DNA of 64,000 nt from an uncultured bacterium (GTDB lineage: Bacteria > Planctomycetota > UBA8108 > UBA1146). The translations under genes were made by a program, and so were the position numbers. Of this stretch, positions 1 to 11,391 are shown in pieces; position 1 is the stretch's first letter; the number at the start of each line of letters is the position of its first letter. The stretch lies in assembly GCA_937876125.1 (NCBI GenBank), contig CALEHF010000264.1, forward strand, positions 267 to 64,266. The letters are read 5' to 3'. The notes under the pieces are model-generated. The model searched no databases and was not told where the DNA came from. It was given only the letters and a program-made list of their open reading frames with translations.

Positions 1-1387
<1,387 letters not shown>

Positions 1388-1500
1388 TCACCCTCTGGGC
1401 TCCGTCGCACGGGAGCGCTCTGGGGCTCTTAGATTTCGTACGTCGGTAGCGCGCAGCCACAGGACTCGATTGGTCCCGGGTCCGCGCGCGGAGCAGGCTC

Positions 1501-2391
1501 CTAAGTAACCGAGCCGCCGATCACTTCCAGGATCTCCTGGGTGATGCTGGCTTGGCGCGTCCGGTTGTAGAGCTGCTTGTATCCCTTGACCATTTCATCC
1601 GCGTTGTCGGTCGCGTTCTTCATCGCAACCCGGCGCGAGATCTGCTCGCACGCCGCTGCTTCGACCAGCGATTGGAAGAAGCGCGTCTTCAAGGAGACCG
1701 GGAGCAAGCGACTGAGAATCGTCCCGGGATCGGGTTCGAGAATGAACTCGGTCCCACCGGTCGACTCTTCCGCCTTCTCACTCTCACTCTCGCCCCCCGC
1801 ACCGAGGGGCAACAGCGGCCGCTCGACGGGGTACTGACGCGAGCCGTTTTCGTAGTGGCAGACCACGATGGCGAGCGCGTCGAGCTCGCCGGCTGCGTAT
1901 CGATCCAAGAGCGGCTCTAGGATCTCCTCCGCCTGCTCATAGGTCGGCTTGTCGTCGATGTGCGTATACGCTTGGGCAACTGCACGCTTCAAGTACTTGA
2001 AGCGCGCGTTGCCCTTCTTGCCGATCATGTGGATCTCGGTCTCGGTGCCTAGGGCGCTGTGACGATCGATCCGCTTCTCGGCCATCTTCAGGACGTTGGT
2101 GTTGTATCCGCCGCAGAGTCCGCGGTTCGCGGTGATGATGATCAACGCCTCTTTGCGAATCTTCTCGGGCACCCGGAGGAGCGGGTACTCCGCGGCCTTC
2201 TCGGGGTCGGACGCGCCGCGGCCGAGGTCGCGCAGCATCTCGCCGAGCTTGTCGCCGTACGGCTGCACCGCCTCGATACGCTTCTGACACACGCGCGACT
2301 TCGCCGTGGAGATCATCTCCATGGTGCGCGTGATCTTCTTCGTGTTCGTGATCGAGCGAATCTTGTTCTTCAGCTCGCGTGCGGTTGCCAC
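1501..2391 (-). CDS. atpG: F1Fo ATP synthase gamma subunit
   Basis: 296 aa reading MATARELKNKIRSITNTKKITRTMEMISTAK...; canonical gamma-subunit N- and C-termini. Position between atpA and atpD. Confidence 0.93.
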   Translation of the reverse strand: MATARELKNKIRSITNTKKITRTMEMISTAKSRVCQKRIEAVQPYGDKLGEMLRDLGRGASDPEKAAEYPLLRVPEKIRKEALIIITANRGLCGGYNTNVLKMAEKRIDRHSALGTETEIHMIGKKGNARFKYLKRAVAQAYTHIDDKPTYEQAEEILEPLLDRYAAGELDALAIVVCHYENGSRQYPVERPLLPLGAGGESESEKAEESTGGTEFILEPDPGTILSRLLPVSLKTRFFQSLVEAAACEQISRRVAMKNATDNADEMVKGYKQLYNRTRQASITQEILEVIGGSVT

Positions 2392-2455
2392 TCGGGCTCA
2401 CTTTCGTTCAGAAACAGCGTCGGACAGCACAAACCCAGAAGAGAGAAAGCAGGTT

Positions 2456-3967
2456 CTAGACTGAGACGTAGTCCTTCTTGAAGTCCTCGACCGCCTTGTC
2501 GAGCTTGGCTTCAGTCTCCTCCGTCATCGAACCGGTGTCGTCGATCTCCTTGAGGATCTCGGGGAACTGGTCGCGCATATGGCTGAGGAGCTTGGGTTCG
2601 AACGCGGCCAGCTGGTTGACCGGCAGCGAGTCGAACTTACCGCCACCCCCGCACCAAATGACGATCACTTCTTCCGCGATCGGCATCGGCTTGTACTGGG
2701 CTTGCTTCAGGATCTCGACCATGCGGAAGCCGCGGTCGAGCTGAGCTTGGGTCGCTTTGTCGAGTTCGGTTCCGAGCTGCGCGAACGCTTCGAGTTCGCG
2801 AAACGCGGACAGGTCGAGACGCAACGTACCGGCGATCTTTTTCATCGCCTTGATCTGCGCCGCACCACCCACGCGCGACACCGAAATTCCGACGTTCACC
2901 GCCGGGCGCTGCCCCGCGAAGAACAGGTTCGGCTCGAGGTAGATCTGACCGTCGGTAATCGAGATCACGTTGGTCGGAATGTACGCCGACACTTCTCCTT
3001 CTTGCGTCTCGATGATCGGCAGCGCGGTCTGAGAGCCGCCGCCGAGGTCATCGGAGAGCTTCGCCGAACGCTCGAGCAGGCGGCTGTGCAAGTAGAAGAC
3101 GTCTCCCGGGTACGCTTCGCGTCCCGGCGGGCGCCGGAGCAGAAGCGACAGTTGGCGGTAGGCCGCGGCCTGCTTCGACAGGTCGTCGTACACGCACAGG
3201 GTGTGTCCGCCCTTGTACATGAAGTACTCCGCCATCGCGCAGCCAGCGTAGGGCGCGATGAACTGAAGGGGCGCGGGGGCCGACGCCGGAGCGCTGACCA
3301 CGATGGTGTAATCCATCGCGCCCTCTTTGGTCAGGCGGTCGACCACGCCGGCGATCGTCGAGCCCTTTTGGCCGATGGCGACGTAGACGCAGATCACACC
3401 CGAATGCTTCTGGTTGATGATCGTGTCGATCGCGATCGCGGTCTTGCCGATCCCTCGGTCGCCGATGATCAGCTGGCGCTGACCGCGGCCCACCGGAATC
3501 ATCGAATCGATCGCTTTGATCCCCGTGAGAAGCGGCTCGTGGACCGACCTGCGGTCCGCGATGCCGGGCGCGGCCGATTCGACCGGACGGTAGGTGTCGG
3601 TGACGATCGGCCCTTTGCCGTCGACTGGGTTGCCGAGCGGATCGACGACGCGCCCCAGGAGCGCTTTGCCGACCGGCACCTGCATGACGGTTCCGGTGCG
3701 CTTCACCTCATCGCCCTCTTTGAGGTCGATGTACTCACCGAGGATCACCGCCCCGATCGAGTTCTCTTCGAGGTTGAACGCCAGGCCCTTCGCGCCGTTC
3801 GAGAACTCGAGCATCTCACCAGCCATGCAGTTGGTGATGCCGTAGATCTGCGCGATGCCGTCCCCGACCTCGAGCACGGTCCCGACCTCGTCGACGGTCA
3901 GCGCGGCTCCGTAACCCTCGATTTCCTTCTTCAGGACCGAGGTGATCTCATCTGCGTTCAATTTCAT
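2456..3967 (-). CDS. atpA: F1Fo ATP synthase alpha subunit
   Basis: 503 aa with Walker A GDRGIGKT and conserved alpha-subunit blocks. Overlaps the atpH stop by 4 nt. Confidence 0.95.
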   Translation of the reverse strand: MKLNADEITSVLKKEIEGYGAALTVDEVGTVLEVGDGIAQIYGITNCMAGEMLEFSNGAKGLAFNLEENSIGAVILGEYIDLKEGDEVKRTGTVMQVPVGKALLGRVVDPLGNPVDGKGPIVTDTYRPVESAAPGIADRRSVHEPLLTGIKAIDSMIPVGRGQRQLIIGDRGIGKTAIAIDTIINQKHSGVICVYVAIGQKGSTIAGVVDRLTKEGAMDYTIVVSAPASAPAPLQFIAPYAGCAMAEYFMYKGGHTLCVYDDLSKQAAAYRQLSLLLRRPPGREAYPGDVFYLHSRLLERSAKLSDDLGGGSQTALPIIETQEGEVSAYIPTNVISITDGQIYLEPNLFFAGQRPAVNVGISVSRVGGAAQIKAMKKIAGTLRLDLSAFRELEAFAQLGTELDKATQAQLDRGFRMVEILKQAQYKPMPIAEEVIVIWCGGGGKFDSLPVNQLAAFEPKLLSHMRDQFPEILKEIDDTGSMTEETEAKLDKAVEDFKKDYVSV

Positions 3968-4539
3968 CCGAGTAGGTTCCTCCCGAGTCGAGGGGTGCTC
4001 ATCGCTTCCCTGACATATTTGAGCTTCGTGCGCAGGGAGCCATCGATGACGGTGTCGTCAAAGCGCACTGTCATGCCACCCAAGAGGGTGGGATCCACGG
4101 TCTCCGTGGCGACGATCTCGCCCCCGAGCCGCTCCGCAAGGAGCGTGACGAGGCTCTGCCTCGCGCTACCGGAGATCGGCATCGCCGAGGCAATCTGGAC
4201 GTGCTTGCGTCCTCGCGCTTGGTCGAGGATCTCACCGAAGCAATCGGAGATCTCGATGAAGAGGGTTTGACGCCCCTTGTCGATCAGCAATCGAAGCATG
4301 TTCAACACCGGCACCGCCACTTTGCCCGACAGCGATCTCTCGAGGACTGACTTCTTGTCCCCGCGAGGAATCTTCGGGCTCTCGAAGAACGCCCGCAGCT
4401 GGCGGTCCGACTCGAGAGCCGTCGCAAACGCGGTGAGTTGGTCCGCGAACGCGTCCCCCTCGTCCGCAGCCTCTGCGATCTCGAGGAGCGCTCGCGCGTA
4501 CGTATTGGACGCGGGATGTCGCTTCTTCACCTGCCCCAT
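3964..4539 (-). CDS. atpH: F1Fo ATP synthase delta (OSCP) subunit
   Basis: 191 aa, N-terminus ...[14 protein letters not shown]..., OSCP-like. Operon position between atpF and atpA. Confidence 0.85.
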   Translation of the reverse strand: MGQVKKRHPASNTYARALLEIAEAADEGDAFADQLTAFATALESDRQLRAFFESPKIPRGDKKSVLERSLSGKVAVPVLNMLRLLIDKGRQTLFIEISDCFGEILDQARGRKHVQIASAMPISGSARQSLVTLLAERLGGEIVATETVDPTLLGGMTVRFDDTVIDGSLRTKLKYVREAMSTPRLGRNLLG

Positions 4540-4644
4540 GGGTCGGGCTCCTTCGATAGACGACTCATGCCTCCTGTCGCAGAGACACCGCGAAGCGGCG
4601 CGCGACGGCGGCGAGTCAGTCGCCCAGTCAGTTCTTCAGTTCAC

Positions 4645-4700
4645 AGTTCCGTCAAAGAAACCGTTGCGTCAAAGAAACAGTTGCGTCAAAGAAACGGTCG
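4645..4700. repeat. Intergenic tandem repeat of 3 x 17 bp (GTTGCGTCAAAGAAACN on the plus strand) in the atpF-atpH spacer
   Basis: ccgtcaaagaaaccgtt / gcgtcaaagaaacagtt / gcgtcaaagaaacggtc at 4649, 4666 and 4683. Preceded by a cagttc x3 mini-repeat. Confidence 0.8.
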
Positions 4701-4713
4701 CGCTGAACGCCCG

Positions 4714-5330
4714 TTAGTTGTTCGCTTTGTATTGGTCGATGGTCTGTTGAACGAGTTGCTCTTGGTCGTCGACTGAAACGGCATGACCGACGAGCTTCTC
4801 AGCGATAGCGACCGACAAGTCGACCGCCCGCTTGTGAATCTCGATCACGGCGTTGTCTTTTGCGCGGTCGATCTCGGTGATCGCGCGACCCTTCGCTTCC
4901 TCAGCGGCTTCGCGGGCGTCGGCGATGATTTTTTCTTTCACCGCTTCGGCGTCGCGTTTCCCTTCGGCGACGATCTCGTTGGCATCTTTCCGCGCGGCAG
5001 CCAGCACTAGCTCTTGCTCCGCTTGGAAGCGCTTCTGCTCTTCCCGCATCCGATCGGCCGCCTCGAGGGAGTCCTTGATCTTCGCTTCGCGCTCATCGAG
5101 CGCTTTGATGATGGGACCCCAGGCGATCTTGTAGAGGATTCCAGCGACGACCAGGAAGATGACGACCGCCCAGATCGAAGTCGCGGGCACGATGTCGAGG
5201 AGGCCACCCTGCGGAGCGTGGGCCGCCTCTTCGGCGTGCCCCGCATCCTGAGCGAGGAGGGGAACACCCGCGAGGAGCAGAGCGATCGCAGGGCTAGATC
5301 CGAGAACTCGCGAAGCGAGCTTGCCCGCCA

Positions 5331-5331
<1 letters not shown>
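4714..5331 (-). CDS. atpF: F1Fo ATP synthase subunit b
   Basis: 205 aa with an N-terminal TM helix followed by a long charged coiled coil (EREAKIKDSLEAADRMREE...); typical b subunit. Confidence 0.88.
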
Positions 5332-5657
<326 letters not shown>

Positions 5658-5860
5658 TCAAATCACCCGCTCGAGCGGGCCGCGCTTCCTGGGTCGAAGG
5701 AGAGTGTTCACGAAGTCGATGGTGGAAGAGCGCCAGTGTGTTGCCCGCGTCCCGATTTCCAAAGACGCGGTAGCCCTGGCTGCGTTCCTCCTCCGTGAGG
5801 TTCTCAAGTGTTCAATTGAAGAAGTGTGATCCACTCTCGCCGACTCTTCGCCCCGAGCTG

Positions 5861-6625
5861 CTAGTGCTCTGGGTGAAGCGCCATCGAAAGGAAGACTGTC
5901 GTCAAGAATGTGAAGATGATGGCCTGAATGAAGGCCACCAAGAGTTCGAGGAAGTTGAGAAACACGGCTCCACCGGCGGCGACGACCGCGACGATCGCGC
6001 CGGGGAAAAACCCCTCGACCGCGGTGAAACCGACCACGACGGCGAGCATGATGTGCCCCCCGACCATGTTCGCGAAGAGGCGAATCGCGAGCGCGGCCGG
6101 CTTGATGCAGTGGCCCAGCATCTCGATGGGGATCATCAGCGGCCAGAGGAACCACGGGCCGACCAGAAGGTTCGCCTTCCAGTAATTCACGAACCCGTTG
6201 CGGCGCATTCCTTCGACTTGGTAGACCACCAGGCTGATCACGGCGAGGGCGACAGTCACACTGAAATTGCCGGTCGCGGTCTTTCCGACCACGGGCAGCA
6301 TCCCGAGCAGATTGCAGAAGAGAATGAAGAAGAAAAAGCTCCAGAGGAGAGGGAGGTACTTGTTGGTGTCCTTGCCGAGGAACGGCTGCACCATTTCGTC
6401 ACGGACAAACAGGAGCATTGCCTCGAAAAAGTTCCCGAGCCGCCCCGGGCTGTCGCTCGCGATGCGTTTCGCGACCAGCGGGAAGACGATCAGGCATCCC
6501 GCCCCAGCGATGAGCATGAACACCACGTGCCACGAAATGCCCAGCGCGTCGAGCGCATGAATCTTATGGTCCATGACGTGCGAGAGTGGATCGCCGCTCG
6601 CCAAGGTTAGGAAGAGCGAGTTCAT
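5861..6625 (-). CDS. atpB: F1Fo ATP synthase subunit a
   Basis: 254 aa polytopic membrane protein with the conserved essential-Arg region (AIRLFANMVGGH). Confidence 0.9.
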   Translation of the reverse strand: MNSLFLTLASGDPLSHVMDHKIHALDALGISWHVVFMLIAGAGCLIVFPLVAKRIASDSPGRLGNFFEAMLLFVRDEMVQPFLGKDTNKYLPLLWSFFFFILFCNLLGMLPVVGKTATGNFSVTVALAVISLVVYQVEGMRRNGFVNYWKANLLVGPWFLWPLMIPIEMLGHCIKPAALAIRLFANMVGGHIMLAVVVGFTAVEGFFPGAIVAVVAAGGAVFLNFLELLVAFIQAIIFTFLTTVFLSMALHPEH

Positions 6626-7107
6626 TCTTCCGCGTTTCCTTCGGTCATCTTGTCTTCGGTCACTTTGGAAGTCTCGTCAGGAACGGAAGACTCGGCGACC
6701 GTCCTCTGCAGCTCTCCCGACTGGAGAGCCCGATACAAGGTCAGCACCTCGACACCTAACACCAGCCCATAAAGAGCTGTGGTCACGAGCAGCGTACGCC
6801 GACCCCACTCACTCCCGAACACCCCGTACACCAGTGCTTGACTGGCAGCGAGGACGAAAAGACGTCCTATCAGCCCCAGCATGACGACACTCATCAGGGC
6901 CTGAGGCCGGCAGACCAGCGCCTTTCGCAGGCTCTGGAACCCAGCCACACCCATCAGGCAGCTTGCGAATGCCGCCCAGGAGACCGCGGCAATCACGCCG
7001 CCGGCCGAAGCTTCCGCCCAAGAGTCTCGGAGGAACAGGACCGCGATGCCCGAGCAGACGAGAACCGATCCGACCATACGCAGGAGAAAGGTACGAGCGA
7101 TGCTCAC
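6622..7107 (-). CDS. atpI: ATP synthase protein I-like membrane protein
   Basis: 161 aa hydrophobic protein with 4 predicted TM helices. Sits immediately upstream of atpB with a 4-nt overlap. Confidence 0.6.
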   Translation of the reverse strand: MSIARTFLLRMVGSVLVCSGIAVLFLRDSWAEASAGGVIAAVSWAAFASCLMGVAGFQSLRKALVCRPQALMSVVMLGLIGRLFVLAASQALVYGVFGSEWGRRTLLVTTALYGLVLGVEVLTLYRALQSGELQRTVAESSVPDETSKVTEDKMTEGNAEE

Positions 7108-7439
7108 GACTCCTCCTCTTTTTGGTCGTCACGCTCGTCGACGGACTCACGCGTTTTCGCAGCTCGTTCGCGGTCTGCGACGCTCTTCAACATTCCCCCT
7201 TCGCGGAGGAGCGTCGTGAACATCGAAAACAGCCCGAGAGCGACCCCTCCAAGAACTCCCCACGGCGCGGTTTTGAAGTGACCATCGATCCAAATCCCGG
7301 CCCAGGCCAGAACCCCAAAAGTGATCACTACCTGGAGTCCGAGGGAAGAAGTGCGAACCCATTCGCGTGGGGAGCCGCGACCCTCTGGAGAACCGTCACC
7401 GCGTTCCTCAGGAGACTCACCCGGAGCGCCAGAGTGCAT
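7104..7439 (-). CDS. AtpZ/Atp1-like small membrane protein (ATPase_gene1 family); first gene of the atp operon
   Basis: 111 aa, acidic N-terminus then two TM helices (VVITFGVLAWAGIWIDGHF; WGVLGGVALGLFSMFTTLL). Overlaps the atpI start by 4 nt. Confidence 0.55.
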   Translation of the reverse strand: MHSGAPGESPEERGDGSPEGRGSPREWVRTSSLGLQVVITFGVLAWAGIWIDGHFKTAPWGVLGGVALGLFSMFTTLLREGGMLKSVADRERAAKTRESVDERDDQKEEES

Positions 7440-7610
7440 TTCAGCCCCCGTTCCGAGTCGATTCCACTGATGATGGCGGAGAGACTACCCATCGCCCTTT
7501 GAAAAGGCAAGGGAACCAAATCGAATGAAAGTGCCTCTCGTCGGGGGCGCGGCCATCTACGCCAAACCTCGACCCGAGAAGGACTTACGAAGCTCGTTTC
7601 GCCGACTCTT

Positions 7611-10568
7611 CTAGGGGTCCCCGAGGCCGTCGAGCACCTCTCTGATGAGCGGATCATCCGGGGTCATCGTCTGCCCCCTCTTTGCAACCTCGCGCGCCTT
7701 GTCCAGCTCGCCGAGCTTCCAGTGGCAGTACGCGAGGCGCGGGTACACCTCGCGCACCGGCGGCTCATCGCCGACGAGCATGATCTCGTACTCGCGCTTC
7801 GCGAGACGGAACGCGTTGGTTTCGAAGTACGCGCGCCCGAGCAGGCGATGGGTCTCGACCTCGTAAGGATTGATGTAGGGCGCGTCCCACGCCGCCTCGA
7901 TGACCTTTTCCCAATCCTCACCCGCCGCGTAGTAGTTGCCGACCTTCATCCGGGTGGGGAAGTCATCGCGATCGATGCGAATCAGCTGCTCGAGGACCGC
8001 CACCGCCTCCGCTTCGCTTCCCTCATCATCGAGGAGCGCGGCGAGCTGATGGTAGGCATGGGGTTTGTTGAAGTAGCCGCGAATTCCGAAGGGATGAATC
8101 TCGATCGCTTCACGCAGGAGTTCCTTCGCCCGGGCGTAGTTCTTCTCTTGGGTCTCGATGATCGCTAGCCCCATCCGCGATCGGTACGGGTAGGTCGTCT
8201 TCCCTTTGATCGCCTTCTCGAACTCCCGGCGAGTCGTCCGCGGCTTCTTCTGTTGGAAGGAGAGGTACCCCTTGAGCGCAGCGAGATCGGCGTTGTCGGG
8301 GTCGAGTTTCTCGACCGTTCCCATGACCAATTCCGCATCGGCTTGGCGACGGTTGAACAAGTAGGCCCAGGCGAGGCGCATCCAACCCGCGGCGTCTTCG
8401 GCGTGGTCCTCGGTGTGGTAGCGCAACGCGTTGATGCTCTCCTTCGGCCACTGGGGACCGAGCCCGAACGAGTCGGAGAGCTCGCGAGCGTACTTCGCGA
8501 AGCGCTTGTCGAACGCGGGCAACGAGATGTCGAGCACCTCTTGGAACACTCCGGCGGTGTCCTTTCCGCTCCGGTAGACGTCGAGCATGCGCAGGATCGC
8601 GTCGTATCCCCACTCGCGTTCGATGAAGTCACAGGTCGCGCCACTCTGGTAGTAGCTGACGAGGATCTGGCCCGGGTAAGTCGGGCGCGTGAATCCCTTC
8701 TGGATGTCGGCCATGCCGAGGATTCGATCGGCGTGCACCGCCGTCACCCACTCATCCGCGTAGATCCTCTGCCAACGCTTCTCGCCCCGCCCCTCTTCGA
8801 ACACGCTCAAGCCCTCCCCGAACCAGCGGGGAATGCGGTGCCGCGCCTTGTGAAGCGTCACCACGTGAGCGAACTCGTGGACCGCGACCGCGCCCCAGTT
8901 GCCCGGGATAGCGTTTGGCGTGGTCAGCGTGACCATGCGGCCGAAGCAAACGCCCGAGGCGGCGAGGCCGGGAAGTCCGATCGACCGCGCCGAGAAGTAC
9001 TTGTGTTGTGCGAAGTCTTCGACGGTGATCGGCCGCGTGACCGGCTCTTTGTACTCACGTTCCAGCCGCGCGCGCGTCTCGTACAAGAGCGGCTCGAGAT
9101 ACGGCATCAGGAACGGCGCCTCATCCTCGGGCATCCGAATGACGAAGTCGTCGTTCTTCTTCTCGATGAAGGTGCGATCGATCCGTTTGATCAGTTGCAG
9201 AGTATTGAACGCCCAGACGTTGAACGGATCGGCGTCGAACGCCTTCTGGGTGTACTCGCGCCCGAGCTCATCGCGGCCGGCGCGCAGCGCATTGATCCCC
9301 AACACCACATAGGCGGGCCAGTACTTCGGGTCGAGTTCGACCGCCTTCTGGGCGAAATCGGCGGCTTCGACGTAGAAGAAGCGATCGACCAGCCGCTCCG
9401 CGAGCGACCCGTAGAACGGCGCAGCGTTCGCTTTGGACTCGTCGACCTCTTTCTTGTACGCCGCAAATTCTTCGAGCTTCGCCGTCGCGAAGTAGAGTGC
9501 CGCGAGGCGCCCTTTCCGCCACAAGTCAGAAGGGTTCTGCTCGATTCCCTTTTGGTAGCTCTCCTCGGCCTCCGCCCACTCTTCGTCGTAGAAGGCGATG
9601 TCTCCCGTCAACATCAGCTGCTCGGGGTGGTTCGGATACGCCTGACTCGCCTGCTCGAGGTGTAGCCGGGTCTCTGCGAAGCGATTGCCGGGAAAGGCGT
9701 AGTCGGAGTAGATCGCGCGCGCCAAGCCGACGTGCGCACCCGCGTGATTCGGGTTCTTCTTCAAGGCGTCGGTGAAGTGGCTTCGCGCATCGGGGTAGTT
9801 GTACTTCGAGTAGAGGAGCCAGCCGGAGGCGACGTGGGCGTCGACCGACCCCTTATCGAGGTCGAACGCGGTCGAATAGAGCACCTGATACGCCTCTTCG
9901 TAGCGACCGAGCCCCTCCGCCGCCTTGCCCATCCAAACGAACGCCGAGGGAACCGACGCGCGCACTTGCCCCGCGGTCATCTCTTGGTAGATCGCAAGGA
10001 CCGCTTTCCACTGCTCGATGGCGTCTTCGCGAAGCCCTTCGGCGTGGAGCACTTGCCCGAGCCGGGTGCGCGCCTCGACGAGCTTGCCATCGGCCCGCAC
10101 CGCCTTTCGAAGGAGCACCTTCGCCTGTTCGAGATCTCCGCTCTCTTGGCGGATCGCTCCGGCCACGAGCAGGTACGCGGGATCCGAGGCAACGAACTGC
10201 GGCTGCTTCTGGATGAGTTCGAGTGCTTCCTGAGATCTGCCGGTCTCTCTGAGGAACCGCGCCCAGAGAAGCGGAAAGGCGTCGGGCTCTTCGAGGTACC
10301 AGTCCGCGATCTCGCCGTACTTCCCTACCTCGAGGAGCGCGACGAGCTCGGCGCGCTCATCGGTGGGTTGGTCGGCGCCTGGGGCTGGCTTCTCTTGAGC
10401 CGGACTGTCTGGAGCTCGACTGTCTTGAGCTCGACTGTCTTGAGCTCGACTGTCTTGAGCTCGACTGTCTTGAGCTGGGCCGACTCGCGGAGAGATCGGT
10501 CCCGCCAGCGCAAAGGCGCAGAGACCGAGAACCATGGCAACGGACAGGCGGCAGTTCGAAGGGATCAA
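7611..10568 (-). CDS. Secreted TPR-repeat protein with a peptidase MA-like (HExxH) zinc-metallopeptidase domain
   Basis: 985 aa. Signal peptide MIPSNCRLSVAMVLGLCAFALA, then an (AQDSR)n low-complexity tract. TPR-like helical repeats occupy the first roughly 500 aa. The motif VAVHEFAHVV...WFGEGLSVFEE fits the Peptidase_MA_2 pattern HExxH...W..EGlA, and more TPRs follow. Confidence 0.7.
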   Translation of the reverse strand: MIPSNCRLSVAMVLGLCAFALAGPISPRVGPAQDSRAQDSRAQDSRAQDSRAPDSPAQEKPAPGADQPTDERAELVALLEVGKYGEIADWYLEEPDAFPLLWARFLRETGRSQEALELIQKQPQFVASDPAYLLVAGAIRQESGDLEQAKVLLRKAVRADGKLVEARTRLGQVLHAEGLREDAIEQWKAVLAIYQEMTAGQVRASVPSAFVWMGKAAEGLGRYEEAYQVLYSTAFDLDKGSVDAHVASGWLLYSKYNYPDARSHFTDALKKNPNHAGAHVGLARAIYSDYAFPGNRFAETRLHLEQASQAYPNHPEQLMLTGDIAFYDEEWAEAEESYQKGIEQNPSDLWRKGRLAALYFATAKLEEFAAYKKEVDESKANAAPFYGSLAERLVDRFFYVEAADFAQKAVELDPKYWPAYVVLGINALRAGRDELGREYTQKAFDADPFNVWAFNTLQLIKRIDRTFIEKKNDDFVIRMPEDEAPFLMPYLEPLLYETRARLEREYKEPVTRPITVEDFAQHKYFSARSIGLPGLAASGVCFGRMVTLTTPNAIPGNWGAVAVHEFAHVVTLHKARHRIPRWFGEGLSVFEEGRGEKRWQRIYADEWVTAVHADRILGMADIQKGFTRPTYPGQILVSYYQSGATCDFIEREWGYDAILRMLDVYRSGKDTAGVFQEVLDISLPAFDKRFAKYARELSDSFGLGPQWPKESINALRYHTEDHAEDAAGWMRLAWAYLFNRRQADAELVMGTVEKLDPDNADLAALKGYLSFQQKKPRTTRREFEKAIKGKTTYPYRSRMGLAIIETQEKNYARAKELLREAIEIHPFGIRGYFNKPHAYHQLAALLDDEGSEAEAVAVLEQLIRIDRDDFPTRMKVGNYYAAGEDWEKVIEAAWDAPYINPYEVETHRLLGRAYFETNAFRLAKREYEIMLVGDEPPVREVYPRLAYCHWKLGELDKAREVAKRGQTMTPDDPLIREVLDGLGDP
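10397..10476. repeat. In-frame 15-bp tandem repeat (5 copies, 4 perfect) encoding (AQDSR)4-APDSP in the TPR-peptidase N-terminus
   Basis: gagctcgactgtctt repeated at 10412, 10427, 10442 and 10457, plus a degenerate copy at 10397. Confidence 0.9.
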
Positions 10569-10825
10569 GTGAGAACCTCGCTTTCGGGGCGGGGAGCCAG
10601 AATAGCCGGGTGCGGGCTGGGCGCCACGGCTCTCCCCGAGTGAGTCACGAATTGGTGGAGCCGGAGACGGGTGACTCGGTGCATTGTTTCGAATTTCGAG
10701 ACGCGCACATCGGCTCGCTCTCGACTGCTATAGTGCGTCGCCCGGCTGGATGAGTCGTGCCACCTGTGCCGAAACCTTGCCACGCGTCCCGAAACCATGA
10801 TTGCCGAGAGCGTAGGGGAACTCCC

Positions 10826-11161
10826 ATGCCCATGACCGAAGCCCAAGCCCACCGCGCGGTGCGAGAGGGAATCCGCCGCAACCTTTGGTGGTCGAAGTTC
10901 AGTGCAGCGGCCTACGCGGACATGACGATCGCCGACCTGCGGGACGAGCTGAAAATCTCCCTCGGTAACGAGCTGCCGAGCGAAGGGTCGCGCCTCCTCG
11001 CCCTCGACGTCTCCATCCGTCGCCAGTTCCGGATCTCCGGGTGGAAAGTGCGGGTGCCAAGCCTCGCGTGGTATCGAAACCCCAATCAGCAAGGCGCATC
11101 GGTGGGTGCCATCGCCCTCTACGTGCTCGCTCGACCGCAGACTGAGCTTCCCGGGGACTGA
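10826..11161 (+). CDS. Hypothetical small protein (start uncertain)
   Basis: ORF with non-Arg-biased composition (MPMTEAQAHRAVREGIRRNLWWSKF...) and a GGGGAA RBS-like motif upstream. Competes with an Arg-rich antisense ORF. No recognisable domain. Confidence 0.3.
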   Translation: MPMTEAQAHRAVREGIRRNLWWSKFSAAAYADMTIADLRDELKISLGNELPSEGSRLLALDVSIRRQFRISGWKVRVPSLAWYRNPNQQGASVGAIALYVLARPQTELPGD

Positions 11162-11391
11162 GCTTCCCGGGGGACTGAGCGCTCTCCGCGTCATGGAGCC
11201 CATCGGCCGCGCGCCCTCACCCCGGTTGTTTATGCTCGAAATCTGCGGCAGTGGCTGTTCCGGTCCCTGAGCGTCCATCCGTGACGAAGATCACAGTTTG
11301 CGTACCAGATGTGGGAACCGCTCCTTCTCAGGGTAAAATCGGCCGGCTCTCGGGCAGATCTGACTATTTGTACGCTGACTTGAAAGGTGGG

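Noticed and set aside
2579-4270. 563-aa plus-strand ORF. Similar long ORFs occur at 26..1432, 432..1460, 5795..6610, 8253..9665, 16720..18525, 19558..20766, 21792..22979, 25215..26096, 26394..27539, 28625..30019, 30016..31347, 32979..33806, 34286..35197, 39403..40452 and 40253..41653.
   Set aside because: All are antisense to well-supported genes (atpA, atpD, atpB, the TPR protein, clpC, the histidine kinase, APH, the ABC genes, AAA, the PilX_N genes, CANSDH, nspC). Their translations are Arg/Gly/Asp-rich and low-complexity, with no motifs. This is the classic high-GC shadow-ORF artefact.
10397-10476. Regularly spaced 15-bp direct repeats (also 56576..56680), considered as possible CRISPR arrays
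   Set aside because: The units are contiguous with no spacers and are in-frame inside ORFs encoding pentapeptide repeats. There are no cas genes. They are coding VNTRs, not CRISPR.
10565-11278. 237-aa minus-strand ORF
   Set aside because: Gly/Arg/His-rich with no recognisable domain. It competes with the plus-strand ORF 10826..11161, which itself is only weakly supported. Neither is strongly supported; the plus-strand one is retained at low confidence.
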